Shown: piece by piece, positions 1-12,167 of the stretch
Position numbering within the stretch: the first letter of the stretch is position 1
Layout: every line of letters begins with the position of its first letter
Origin: Bilabrum cf. latius
Lineage: Eukaryota
NCBI GenBank assembly: GCA_965178125.1
Contig: OZ237751.1
Location: 992,001-1,056,000, forward strand
DNA length: 64,000 bases
Direction: 5' to 3'
Made by a program: the position numbers and the translations under genes
The notes under the pieces: model-generated
Databases searched by the model: none
The model's input: the letters and a program-made list of their open reading frames with translations, nothing else
What the model was told of the DNA's origin: nothing

Positions 1-1707
1 GTCGAAGAGGATACCGAGGTCTGTCGTCAGCAGCTGCACCTCGGTCTGGTTGCCGTTGGTGCTGCGGACGGTGTCAATCACTGCTTCGTTGGACCCGCAG
101 TACATGGCGATGGAAGGATGGTGAGCCAGCCTTCGCATCTGCACGCGCGTCTCTTCTTCCACCAGCCTGACGAAGTCGTCGTCCCTCGGGTACAGGGATG
201 AAGCGAAGGAGAAATCCACCCATAGCAAGATGCCCGACTCGTCAGCTGCCTCGAGCAGGTCGTCCCGTCCCATGTCGCCGCCCCCCCACACCCTTGCAAA
301 GTTGAAATTGCCCAGCTTGCCGGTGTACATGAGGCGGCGCTGCCTGCCCGGTGACACCCTACCGTCATACGCATCCTGGGGAACAATAGAGGCCCCCTTG
401 GCGAAGATGGGCACCCCGTTGATTCGGAAGTAGAATGTGAGGCCGGTCGCATTGGAGCCTGCAGGCGGAGGCTCCTGGACGAGCTCAACGTAACGGAACC
501 CCGTCCTCTTTGTGACCGAGTCAGCATCTGCCGCCACCGATTCCTATCGTGCCTGTCTATTCGGCAAAGCCGACCCTTTGCGCAGGCCCCCGGCCCCGCT
601 CTGATCGTTCCTGCCTGGAGTGAATGTGATCATGACGTCATACAGCGGGCTAGACCCCAGGTCTCTCGTCCACCACCAGTCCACGAGCGAGGCAGGCACG
701 GTTACATTCACCGTCACTGGCACAAGAAGGGGAGAAGCTATGTCATCGTCTGCGTCATCGCCGGGACCCGCGCCTTGCCCGCACCCGGGTGCAGCGGGGA
801 GCACGACGTGCGTCTGGTTGTATGCGTCCGTGCCCTTGATGATGGCCGTCAGAATGCCCTCCACCTGGGAGCAGTCGTTGGCTCTCGCCAGCTTTGCCTT
901 GCAGCGCACCACGAACGCGTCGCCCGGGATGGGAGACGCGTCGGTGGGGGCAGCAGGAGGGACCGAGGACGCTGCCGCATGGGCGGGCGAGCCGGGCTCT
1001 GCGGGATCGTCGGCCGGCCTGACGAACACAGCCGGCTGCCAGATGCGAGCAGAGCCCGCAGGCACGTGTACGAGACGCATGCCTCTCCAGATGCCGGTGG
1101 CCCCAGCGCTAATGCCCCAGTCCCAGCCGCCGTTGGCTGGCCAGGTTCGAACCTGGTTGAGGTTCGGGAAATTGTCGGAGAACTGAGCACCGGGGACGGT
1201 GTACGGGTACTAAGCAGCCCGGTTGATTGCGTATTTGGGGGTTGAATGGATCTGCACCTTGACTTTGGCGCTCTGGCTACCCCTGAGAGCGCTCGTGACA
1301 TCTACAGTATTTGATACGAACGCGTTCTCGGAATGCAAGACAGCCTTTCCGTTCACGAACACCGTGCTGATGGCATCGATACCATCCACTTCTAAATACA
1401 CTCTTTCGTTCGCACTGACCACGACGTCTATCGTTTTGGTGTAGGTCCACTCGTCGTATGCGATCCACGCCGATGTGACATCGTTGTTACTAACCATGGG
1501 CTCTGGGATTGTGCCGCTGCGCAGTAAATCTAACTGCACCTAGCCAGGCGTACTACCGTTGATGGATATGGATCCATTGGAGTTGACTACAGCCCAGCCA
1601 TCACCGTCGAGGGAATCCACTACCAATTGTGCAAGTGTGACGCCCGGCATCGTTGCGGCACCGAACAATACCACAGAGATCCCCCACAAAGATCCGGTTG
1701 CTCTCAT
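1..1707 (-). CDS. Secreted GH2 beta-mannosidase-like glycoside hydrolase; 3' end runs off the window; in-frame TAG at 1540, 1210, 544
   Basis: Signal peptide MRATGSLWGISVVLFGAA, then PG[Q]VQLDLL, YLEVDGIDAISTVFVNG, GWDWG..GIW, FYFRINGVPIFAKGA, RVWGGG and HHPSIAMYCGSNE. All lie in one frame when TAG is read through. Confidence 0.9.
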
Positions 1708-2032
1708 ATTTAACGGTTGTATTCGCTCCGGTGCGCCCCTCACTGGCACTAGCGCGTCGCTAGCGCGAGCAAACGGCAATGAGCCACCAGGGAATCTCGT
1801 TGATGAACCTTCCCTCAGGCTCTCCCCCAGTCTAGCTGGAGCTGCGCAGCTACCGGCACCAATGCAGTTGGCTGGTGGATGTGGTGGCGCGTAGGATGTG
1901 GACGTGGCCGACGTGCCAGCCGTGGTCGCAGCTCTTGCTGCCGTAGGAGCTAGAGGCGCTCCGCCAGTCTACTCTGCTGATCCGAAAGCAAACGAACACG
2001 AAGGCATCGCTGTGAGTCGTGCATGCGGAATG

Positions 2033-2098
2033 GCAAAAGGGCGTGAGGAGAGCCTCATGCACCATGCAAAAGGGCGTGAGGAGAGCCTCATGCACCAT
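2033..2098. repeat. Perfect 33-bp tandem duplication (gcaaaagggcgtgaggagagcctcatgcaccat x2)
   Basis: Directly visible in the sequence. Confidence 0.9.
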
Positions 2099-2573
2099 GG
2101 GCCAGGCCTGCCCCACGGCCGGTTCGCGACGGCCCATCATGATGGCAGTGTTGGGCAAGGCCTCATGGCTGAGGTTCTCAGAGCGAACCAGTGCTGCGGC
2201 GAGGGGATTGGGGTGGGAGTGCTTAGGTCGAAAGAGTGTGAAAGTCCTTCGTGTGCATGTAAAACTTGAAGCGGTTTGACTTGAGGACCGGCTGTCATCA
2301 TTTTGTTCATTCCGCCGGGCCATGTCATTGCTGCAACTGCAGTGAGTGCATGGTTGTTTGCTCGAAAATCAAGATTTTTTCGTTCGTTCGTTCGTTTTGT
2401 CTAGACTCTAGAGATCTACCACCGCAAGGCTAGACCGTGGCATCAAATTCGTTTGCATCCTTCCATGCCGCGTCGCAAACGGCTAGCAAGGCGCCCAAAG
2501 CGGGGTGGGGCGGCTCGGCCTGGGCAAGACAGGATTGGGCAAAGCAGCCACGTATACGTGCTGCGATACTTCA

Positions 2574-2684
2574 ATCCACGATTGCAACGTAACCAACTTT
2601 GACGACGCCATCGCGGTCAAACCCACGAATGGGGCGCCCGGAAGCCCCTTCAACCTGACTTGCACTTCGAATCTCATACTTGAT
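2574..2684 (+). pseudogene. Possible isolated GH28 (polygalacturonase-like) fragment
   Basis: IHDCNVTNFDDAIAVKP...CTSNL resembles the GH28 xDDxIAVK segment. No flanking GH28 motifs are recognisable. Confidence 0.35.
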
Positions 2685-2832
2685 ATTATGTTCAAAGCTG
2701 TGAGAGGCGAGTTGGACCAAGCCAGGCACGGCTGGTTCATTGCACCACAAACACATTCTTCACTCTCTCAGCTCTTAGGACGTCAAAAACACATCGTTTC
2801 GGCACATGCTCTGCACCATGGTAGCGTGGCCT

Positions 2833-5448
2833 TCACACAATCTCGCCAGGTGCAGCACTGCCGGCCCCTGGCTTGCTCACGGCCTGCATGTTATCCACAG
2901 ACTTCTAAGACCCAACCGTATCGAGCTTGTCAGCCTCACGCCGAGTGGCACATTTGCAGCAGCACACATACCCGACCGCCACGGCCAGCACCATAGCCAC
3001 TCCAACGGCGATGATGGCAATGGCACCGGCACTGAGTCCATCATCGCTGTCATCCTGCTCTCCACCGTCGAGAGGAGGGGCCTCTTCCACCTGCAAGTCC
3101 TGTGTCAGAACCTCCACCTCCATCTCGATCGCATCGATTGATACCTGCAGGTCCTGCAACTCGGAGGGGACGGCAGCTCGCAAGTCTGCGATCAGGCTCG
3201 TTCGACCTCCACCTGCAGTTCCGTTCAGGTAGGCCAGCACAGCCTGCCTGGCCTGCTGCTCGTCGCGATCCATAGCAATGCGGACGGTGAAATCGACCTC
3301 CGAGCCGCTGACTGCGCTGCTAGTGGCCTGTAGCTGCCGTCTAGTGCCAGTGGCCGAGTCCAAACGGTTGATGGTCACCTCATCGGCCGATGCTGCCTCC
3401 TGCACGCCTGTCTGAAAGGGCTGCAGCAGGTGCTCCTGGAAGTTGGGAGGAGTCACGCGGGTGATGCGGGCGTTGGAAAATAGCAGGCGCCTCCCCCTCC
3501 GCTTCACAGGAGCCGTACACCTGCGCTCTGCATCGGCACACAGCAGGCCAACCATGCAGTTCGACGATGTCAAGCAGGTCCTGCCAAGGGAACACAACGG
3601 GCACTAGTCGTCGGATGGGTCCCCGCAGTCGATGTCGCTCTCCTCTCCGTTCATGACGGAGTCCATGCAGGAGATACCTGTCGCTGGCTCGCCCTCGGTG
3701 CCGGGGCTCGACGCAGGGGGGTTTCTGCTGGGAGTCGGCGAGTTGCTGGGGCTGCTGCTGACGCTCGGTGTGGGCGAGTTGCTGGGGCTGCTGCTGACGC
3801 TCGGTGTGGGCGAGTTGCTGGGGCTGCTGCTGACGCTCGGTGTGGGCGAGTTGCTGGGGCTGCTGCTGACGCTCGGTGTGGGCGAGTTGCTGGGGCTGCT
3901 GCTGACGCTCGGTGTGGGCGAGTTGCTGGGGCTGCTGCTGACGCTCGGTGTGGGCGAGTTGCTGGGGCTGCTGCTTGGTGATGTAGACGGCGTTGGAGAT
4001 GGCTCGATCTGGCTCAATGTCCACATCGCGCCTCGTCCGCTTCCGCCGTCCTGGTCACCGGTTGCGCCTACATACAAGGTGCGCGCTCCAGGCCCCGACT
4101 CGCACGTTGATGCAACCGCACTCCCGAAGTAGTTACGGTCGGTAAGGCTCCCATCAAAGCCACCCTCTGCATCGGCGACCTTGTGGTGCTCCTTGTTGGT
4201 GCCGTCCGAGTTGAGCAGAAGGATCCACACAGCGCCGCGAGAGGTACCACGGCCAGCATCTCCAGATGCCCCAACGGCAAGGTCCATGACACCATCGCCA
4301 TCAAGATCACCCATGCAGGACAACGAAATTCCGAAGGCGTCACCGTCGGCTAGAACTCCGGTAAAGCCCGCACCTCCAGGCAGAATCTTAACGAACTCAT
4401 CCACGGTTGCATCGCTGTTAAGAAACAGGATCCAAACGGCGCCGCGGTTATTCCCACCCGTCGAATCTGAGCTGGATCCGACTGCAATGCTGCGTAATCC
4501 GGATGTATTGTTGCTCAAGCGCCCCAAGTAAGCAACTGCCGTCCCAAATCGAACGTTGTTGCTCAATGTGCCAGTAAAGCCACCTTGCGTATCAGATATC
4601 TTCTGGTAGCTCTCGACTGTGCCGTTGGAATGCAAAGATAAGTACCATGCCGCTCCCCGCTCAAATCCGCCATCATTGTCGTAAGGTGCCCCCACAAACA
4701 AATCAACGGCCCCCCGCTAGTCCAGTGACTCAGCCACCGTCATGCTCAGGCCAAAATCATTGCCGTCAGCCAACGTCCCGGTGAAGCCCTCCTCGGTGTC
4801 GGAGATCCTTGATTGCCCCCTCACGGTGCCATTGGAATGAAGAAACAGGATCCACACGGCGCCCCGGCCAGATCCACCACCGCGGTCGCCGGGTGCCCCA
4901 ACGGCCAAGTCCTGCACTCCGTCTCCGTCAAGATCACCTAGACACGCCAACGCAGCACCAAACAAGTAGTCATTATCTAGAACTCCGCGAAAGTCCCCAT
5001 CTGTGCTCGAGATCTTTTGGTGCCCCTTGACGGTTCCGTTTGCACGCTGGAACAGGATCCATACTGCGCCTAAGTTTTCCGAGGCTCGCCCTTCATCATC
5101 ATCCGGCTCTGTTGAGCCGTCATCGTCGAGCATGGCACCAACTGCCAGGTCGGACACGCCATCGCCGTCCAGGTCGCCAAGAATCGCGATCGAGCATCCG
5201 AAGCCATCACCATTTTCGAGGATGCCTACAAAACCGCCTTGCGTCGACGAAATCTTCTACGATGTTTCGGGAAAGTCAATGCCGTCGCTGCTTAGGCGCC
5301 GACTTGCCTCGCGCCCTTCTTCGGCATCCCCTGCTGCACCCTCCAAGTGCACCGCTTGGACATTATGTTGCACCATGTCCACGTGGCTATGGGCCATGCC
5401 TGTCTCAGCGGCAGCGAGTATAGCGATTCCCACCACATGCCTGTGCAT
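2833..5448 (-). CDS. Type I membrane FG-GAP repeat (integrin-alpha-like beta-propeller) protein with Ser/Pro/Thr stalk, Cys-rich module and C-terminal TM helix; TAG at 5257, 4717, 3604, 2905; TGA stop
   Basis: Signal-like N-terminus, repeated FG..A.LGDLDGDG..DLAVGA...GAVWIL units, CMDSVMNGEESDIDCG module, TM AGAIAIIAVGVAMVLAVAVGYVCCC. Continuous frame through the TAGs to TGA at 2835-2833. Confidence 0.88.
3737..3975 (-). repeat. Coding 36-bp tandem repeat (about 6.5 copies) encoding SSSPSNSPTPSV, a mucin-like stalk
   Basis: Near-perfect unit gttgctggggctgctgctgacgctcggtgtgggcga. Confidence 0.92.
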
Positions 5449-6407
5449 AGTTACGGTGAGTTGTAAGTGCGGGTCGAAGAGCTAACGTATCTAAGCGAGA
5501 ACACACATATTTAAGCTATCAGAAAGAGAAGTCAATCGCTACTTCTCTTCTTACCCTGTCATGCATGCCACCACTAGAGCCATCTTGGAGTGATTCCACA
5601 TCTCTGCAGGAACGGCAGTATTCGTTGCAACGAAATAACCAAAGGCTCAAAATCGAATATGCCTTAACGTGAAGCATGCCAAAACACGACACATGAGGGG
5701 ATAGATGGCTTTTAAAAAAGTATCAACCCAAAGAACCATTTCCACGTAATGCATGTGCAAGCGCCCAACGCATGGTAAAGCAACCTTGAGCACGACTCCA
5801 TGATGTGGTTTACCTGGATTGGCAGCGATAGTTGAGAGGTCGTTGGTATTCCGCCAAAATGTGTGTTGAGCAGCGCGCCTGCCAGGGGCACGTTCGCAAT
5901 GAGATACTGAGGTTGGAACTCTCAGCCTCGCAACAGAGGACTTCGTGGTACCTGGCGCGTACATAAACATGGCTCATGCGGCGCGGCGCAAGCCGCTGAT
6001 CTCAGTTTACACTAGTAAGGGCATGCTCTGATCCCCAGCAATCAATCACACCCACACAAACAGCCCAATTCCCCGTAGGGGAGGATTAAAACCCGTAGGG
6101 GTGCAAATCAATACGGAATACAGAGGTTGTTGGGACAGAACTTTTGCTAGGGCATTCTATTTCAAGTATTTCTTACTTCGTTCCTTTGGTATTCGGCTGG
6201 ACTACGTGAGGAACTGCCCGAAAAGAATCTTACGCAGATTGTTTGAAAATCGCACACAACAAAACCGTCAGATAGCACCTATACCCCACCTATTCTCCTT
6301 GTGAAAAGTCGTATCGTTACATTCAATCATCATCATCACCTTCGAGATCTCGCACCGGACCCTCGTCCAACACTTAATCTCTGTGGCACTCATCGAGACT
6401 CCCGAGT

Positions 6408-6818
6408 TCACTCAGGATGATCCAGAAGCACCTATACCCCGCCGTGGTGGGGTTGTGCTGCAGCTGGAGCTCCTGGATCCTCGGGCTCGATCTCTTGAGG
6501 AGGTGCTTCGCCAGGGTCAGCAGCTGCGACTGCTCCTCCCCGGATTCCGCCCTGCAGGTTGAGTGCGACCGGCAATTCTTCCTGCTGCTGGTCGGCTTCA
6601 GCTTCGGTCTGTTCAACGACTGCTGCGAGTGCTGCGGCCTCTGCCGCCTCACCTGCCGCTGCCACTGCTGCTGCTTCCTGTTGCTGTTCCGCTCTCTCTG
6701 CGTCCTCCCTCCTCTTCTCCTCCTCGGCAATGGCACGGCGCGTAGTCCTTGTGAAGGCAACAGGCTGGGGGCCTGTGGGGGACCACACTGATGGCGAAGA
6801 ATGGGAACTCGGCGGCAT
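6408..6818 (-). CDS. Small Ala/Glu-rich hypothetical protein in an AT-rich island; TAG at 6432, TGA at 6410-6408
   Basis: ORF with coiled-coil-like EEEKRREDAERAEQQQE; no recognisable domain. Confidence 0.35.
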
Positions 6819-6833
6819 AGGCTGAGAACGGGG

Positions 6834-6929
6834 GGCCTTTGGCCTGAAAGGGTCGGGGGTCTTGTAGTCCTTGTTTTAGGGCTCCTTTGGATCTAGGTGA
6901 TCACCCAAATCCCTTCGGGGATCTGGGTG
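6834..6929 (+). other. Cluster of predicted hairpins with GAAA and C(UUCG)G tetraloops
   Basis: 6834-6861 GGCCUUUGGCCU-GAAA-GGGUCGGGGGUC (12 bp, 6 G-U pairs); 6902-6929 CACCCAAAUCCC-UUCG-GGGAUCUGGGUG (11 of 12 paired). Confidence 0.45.
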
Positions 6930-7561
6930 TTTATGGAATCTTTACCCAACAATGTATTTCTGTAATTCTGTATTTCTAGAATCTGTAGACCTAGGCCTAC
7001 CGCATGACTGGAGTCGAAAGCAACAAACCGTCGTATATTTAGAGCACCGTGACAAAAATCACTTTCATGGATTAACAGTATGTTTTAAAGTCTCAGAGTC
7101 TCATGTAGCCTGAGATAAAGAGGGTCGAAGAGGAGGGCTAGATCTAGACAAGAGATGATCTAGTCTATCTACTCCCAATCCAGATCGTCACATTCTGGAC
7201 TGGCAGGACGCATGCATTCTAGGTTGTACTTGTTTACTAGATCTCTACACAAGGTGGCGGTGCCACCATCACCGTAGGTAGAAGTGATTGCAGTCGGAGT
7301 CCACTTCTGGGCCAAAGTATGCCCCAATCATCGTATACATTTCACATTGGAGATAATAAATGAAAATAAGTTTGTTATTTTTATCGTTTTACTCAAGTAG
7401 ATTTCGTATTCGTGTCGATTTGAGCGAGAAGTGCTGCTCGAACGCGCTCAGAAGCCCAGCGATGGCGTTTGCCAGCCCATTTTTCGCCAGTATTGTTGCT
7501 TAACTTACCGCGAGTACCGCCAATACCCTCCTTGTGGGGCACATCGTCGACTTGGGCGGCG

Positions 7562-10208
7562 ATGCGTGTCTCCAGTGAGCACACGTCGCAGTTCATGAAC
7601 CTGATCCTGCAGAGAGCTCAGTTCTGCTTCGCGCCAAAGCCGCGGCTATCCACAGGATTGGAATTGCATCAGCACCGTGCGATAGACCTACCACCCAGCC
7701 CTGGTATAGGAAGAGAAAATGACGAGAGACGGGAGAGACATGGCGCGGGCCTGGACGCTTGGCTCACGCTGGCAGCGTCGTGTACACAGCACATAACTGC
7801 CTGGATGTGCGACGCTCCCCGCGCGCTGTTGACCAAGCTCGGTTCGCCGGAGCGCGCAGAGCTCTCTAGAGCAGTGGATGAAGTGGCCGTGTCGGCAGAC
7901 TGGCAGGTGGACTACCGGGATGAGCCGAGCATAGACGAACCGACGCGCAAGGATTTGCATCGGAGCAAGTTACGGGTCGGGTCGCTGGTCGACTTTGTCG
8001 ACGCTGCCGCCGTAATATAGGTTCGTTGCACGGAGGTGCTAGGCGCTGCGCTGCAGCACTGGGGTGATCAAGTCAATGAGCAGCTCAGCGAGGCCGCTGG
8101 CAGGATTGAGTCAGCCGTGGAGGTGCACGGGATCGGCTGCGACGGACCCGCGCAGTGCAGGTGCAGGCCGGGCACACACGACCCCAGCAGGGTTGATGTC
8201 GAGTCGTTGAAGGGCGACTGGGCCGAGCACTGCGCTCCTTCCGTGGTCCGAATGGCAGCAGGTGTCACCTAGCTGCTAGAGGCAGCCTCCCAGTGCCTCG
8301 TGGCGCTGGCATAGGGTCCTCTACTGGGAGCTGGAGGGTCCGGTCCCAAGTCCCGCAAAGGGTGCCTGCGCCTGAAACCGGCCTGCTCCATGCTTGAGAA
8401 AACAGCGTCTCAGTGGTTCCGGTTGTGCAGGCCATTGCTGGAGATGGGAGACTCGCGCCAGCCATTGCGCGGGTGCTCGTGGATCTGCCACTCTGCTCTG
8501 CGCGTTCGACCCCTGGGTGGTGCACGAGGCTGTCAGGCTCCTGTCCGCGGCACAGGGTGACTGCGTGCTGAGAGAGGTCCGCAGGAGGAGGACGCTGATG
8601 CGGCCGGAGCTGCTCGCAAACCTGAACAAGCAAGTGTGGCTGCCCGACTGGCTGGGTATACTGTGCACCGCTCGTTCTTCGTGCATGGAGCCTCACGGTT
8701 TGGCCTCGTCTGCGGCTGCTTGCAGGTTAGTGGCCATGTGCCACCAGCGGGTGCCTACCTCTGTGATGAGTAGATGGGTGCACTCTGAGGCTGCCACGAT
8801 GTGGACGGGCGCAAGGGAGCTGCCAGATGGCGTTGAAGCTGGTGGGGTAGGTGGTGGGACGACTCCGGCGCAGCGATTGGTCTGGGGCACGGCCCGACTA
8901 GCTGGCCAGCAGATGTGGGACTTGGCGGTGGGCTGGATCAGGTGCCATGCGCCGGGTACTGTGGAGGAGATGGCTGCACGGTGCGATGAAATCCGCTGGG
9001 CAATTGAACGGTCGACTAATTGTTACAGTCAGGCACATGCTGGAGAAACGGATTGGCATAGACACGTGACGCGCGATCGGCGAGAGGTGGGCGCGGCCCA
9101 GTGGCAGGATGAGCGCTTGAACAAGCTGCGCTTTGCCGAGTAGGAAAATGAGATGGAGTGCGGGCTCATGTACGGCATAACCCTGGATGAAGTGCGCCGA
9201 TAGCAGGCCGGTACACGCAAGCCGCTGGTGCTGCGCTGGAGAGACATCGTATCGAAGGGGGTGCGGCTGTCCGGCAGCCCAAGTTCAGAAGGACACGGGA
9301 CACGCGGGGGAGAGAAGGGCGAGGAGGACGAAGAGGGAGAGAAAGACGACCATGACCGAGCCACGTGTGCCGGGCTCTGCTTCAACCAGGACGAGGTGAC
9401 ACTCTGGCACTCGGAACCGTGGCGGGATGTGGCTGGGTACGGCCCGCGGAGCCATGGTAGCAGCAGCAACAGCACACGCACCACAAGCGCAAGAATGACC
9501 AGTACAAGTTCCAGGAGCAGCAGTAGTACGCCATCAGGGTAGGCTCTCCCGACCATAACTTCCACATCTAAATGCGCTGATGCGAGCTGCTTACGCCGGT
9601 GGTCGGTAGAATGGATCCGGATATTGGAACAGAGGTGCGCCGCTCTCATCAGTGAGCTGCCGTGTGCACGGTGCAGGCGAGCCGTGATGCGACTCGGAGA
9701 GTCAAACGCACGCCATGCATCTGCCGCGGATGGCGCCATGCGGGCCATTGCGTCGTTCCCTACGAGCGCCATCGAGGTGCAGCCCATTGTGGCAGCAGTG
9801 GAGCTGCACGCCATTGCCTTGCTCCGGGGAACGCCCGTTAGACACATACCAGAGATGCCGCTGGCTATGCACCTGCTGATCTAGCGCGCCATGCAGACCG
9901 AGTGGAGGACTAGGCGAAGTGGGATGGCTGGTGCTGGTGCCGGTGCCAGTGCCGAGTCCAGCTCGCCCGTGGATTTGTACAATCCGCATGGTGTCCCTGA
10001 CATCGGCACTGGTGGGGTGGGGCAGGCCGGGTGGAGGCCCGTGTGGCAGACGAGCCCGGTGGAGGGGCAGCTGGTGGGCCGGGATGAGAGTGTTGGTCGT
10101 TTGCTGGAGGTGCTTGAGGACGTGCGGATGACGAGGAGAAGAGAGCAGCTGCTGCGGCTGAGGGAGGCCGCAGTGAGGACGAGGCTGCATGATCATGATC
10201 GGCCGTGA
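7562..10208 (+). CDS. Hypothetical protein. Two long TAG-readthrough frames (7562 to ~8560 and 8394-10208) need an intron or frameshift near 8300-8500
   Basis: ORFs 8394, 9228, 9624 and 9891 share a frame separated only by TAG and end at TGA 10206-10208. ORFs 7469 and 8036 are also joined by TAG. No domain recognised. Confidence 0.45.
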
Positions 10209-10444
10209 CCGGCTTGCCTGCTTCCAGTGAATGCCAGTGGGTCACAATAGCTTCCGGTACATTCAATTGGCACGAAATCGTATTTCCCAGCAGCCTTTCT
10301 CTTCATCCAGCTGGCTAAATCTCCGTGGACCTAGACTGCCGTTTCCCGCAGCAGAAATGCAATGCACCCAGATTGGCGGCTGATCCGATCCGATCCGTTC
10401 GTCGGCACATACCATTTCGCTCCTCAAGTAGCCTTCAATACAAT

Positions 10445-11805
10445 ATGATCAGCGCTATTTTTGCCATCGCTGCTTCTGTGGGGGTTGCATCTGCCACCCT
10501 CGGCGTTGACGTGTCCCAGGCTACCCTTCCCGACGCATGGTGAGTATTCCTCGTACACGCCGTCAATCAACTTTGGACGATAGTCAGCCTTTGAACCATA
10601 TGTCCCGTCTGCAAGAGTACGATCGCATTTTTCTTGCAGGAAGTGCCTGAAGGGTAACGGCTATGAGTTCGGTATCGTGCGCTGCTTCCGTTCAAGTGGC
10701 ACCGTGGATCCCAACTGTGTGAGGAGCGATCGTTCTTAAGGAAAGCCTTCCACATTGTGTGGCCACATTCATTCAGAAATAATGGAACTGCTTATAATTA
10801 GTATGTGGCTGTAAAATGATGCAACATGAGCCGCCCCAAGCTTCAACCGAAGGCTGTATTCGCGTAAGCCAACACACTCGCGTGCGCACCACCAGCCGAA
10901 TCTCGCAGCCGCACACCATCTACAACGCCCACGACGGCGGCATCGATCACGTGGATGCGTACTTCTTCCCGTGCCCGAAGTGCAGCTCCAGTGCGAAGGA
11001 GCAGGTCGACGAGATGCTGGACGAGCTTGCCAAGTTCAACCTGCACCACAGCGATGCTGGTGGCCCGGGCACCTTCGGAACCATCTGGCTGGACATCGAA
11101 GGTAAGTTTATGTTATAAATAGAATGTGTCGCGCAAGCAATTATAGTCGCCGACTGGCCTCCTAAGTTCCTAGTGGTCTGGAATCGCCGCTCGCCTCCAT
11201 CTTTGCCGTCCTTCCCCAAGTAACACATGACAGTCCGCACCTAGCCGCCGATCCCCCTCCCCCTGCTCCCTCATTTCCCTCGCAGGCCCCCAGTACTGGC
11301 ACGCCAGCCGCGACGACAACATCGCCTACATCAAGGACGCCATCGCGGCGGTGCAGGCCCGCGGCGTGCCCGTGGCCGTCTACACCTCCGAGTCCCAGTG
11401 GGACCCCATCACCGGCAACGCGGACATCGCCAGCCACCTGCCGCTCTGGGTGAGAATCACGCCTAGTCCCCCTGGGGGGGGGGGAAGGGGGATGCTGCCA
11501 TGAGTCTATGCATTGCATTCGGATGCTGCACCGTGTTAACACACCGCGCTGCACCCCCCTCCCCTCAGCCGCACGCACCTCCTCGCGATCGCTCCCTGTC
11601 CTCCTCTTGTATCGTCCATCGTCATCGTCATTGTTGACCCCCTTGCTTGCATGCACTCGTCACACCGCAGTACGCCCACTACGACAACTCCCGGTCCTTT
11701 GGGGACTTCCGGCCCTTCGCGGGCTGGAGCAAGCCGTCCATCAAGCAGTACGCGGGCGACGCTACCGTGTGCGGGGCGGGCGTGGACCTGAACTGGTACC
11801 CCTGA
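10445..11805 (+). CDS. Secreted GH25-type (protist/nematode) lysozyme, 5 exons; introns 10540-10639, 10719-10908, 11102-11285, 11450-11670
   Basis: Signal peptide, [79 protein letters not shown]. Canonical GT-AG introns restore the frame; TGA stop. Confidence 0.92.
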
Positions 11806-12167
11806 ATGGATTCGGTCGGAAGCAGTTGTGGTGGGTCTGTGCTTGAGGGCCCTTTGGTGGCACCCAGCTCTCGGCTCTACTCCCTCGCGGGAAATGTCGG
11901 GCCGTCGCTGCAGCCACTGCGGCTCTCGCGCAGGCTACGCGTGGACCGTCTGAATTGATCGGACTCCATGCACCCTCATCCTTCGCTTGTTTTGCCTCTA
12001 GACGTGGTCTTGGCGTCACGTATCAATCATTTCTGTGCAAAACAACACGCAACAAATAGCCAAAATCGAGCAAGTGCTGGGCCACTTTGGAGCGATCCAT
12101 TACACGCATCACTGCATCATGGATCCTGCTACTGAGTATTCCCTTGTATTTTAATTACTCCATCCGA

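Noticed and set aside
1779-2330. Short ORFs upstream of the mannosidase
   Set aside because: No homology cues; not supportable as genes.
3737-3975. CRISPR-like array
   Set aside because: The units are contiguous with no spacers and lie in frame within a coding stalk.
5647-5970. 107-aa minus-strand ORF, possibly a transposon relic
   Set aside because: No recognisable motif or coding-like bias.
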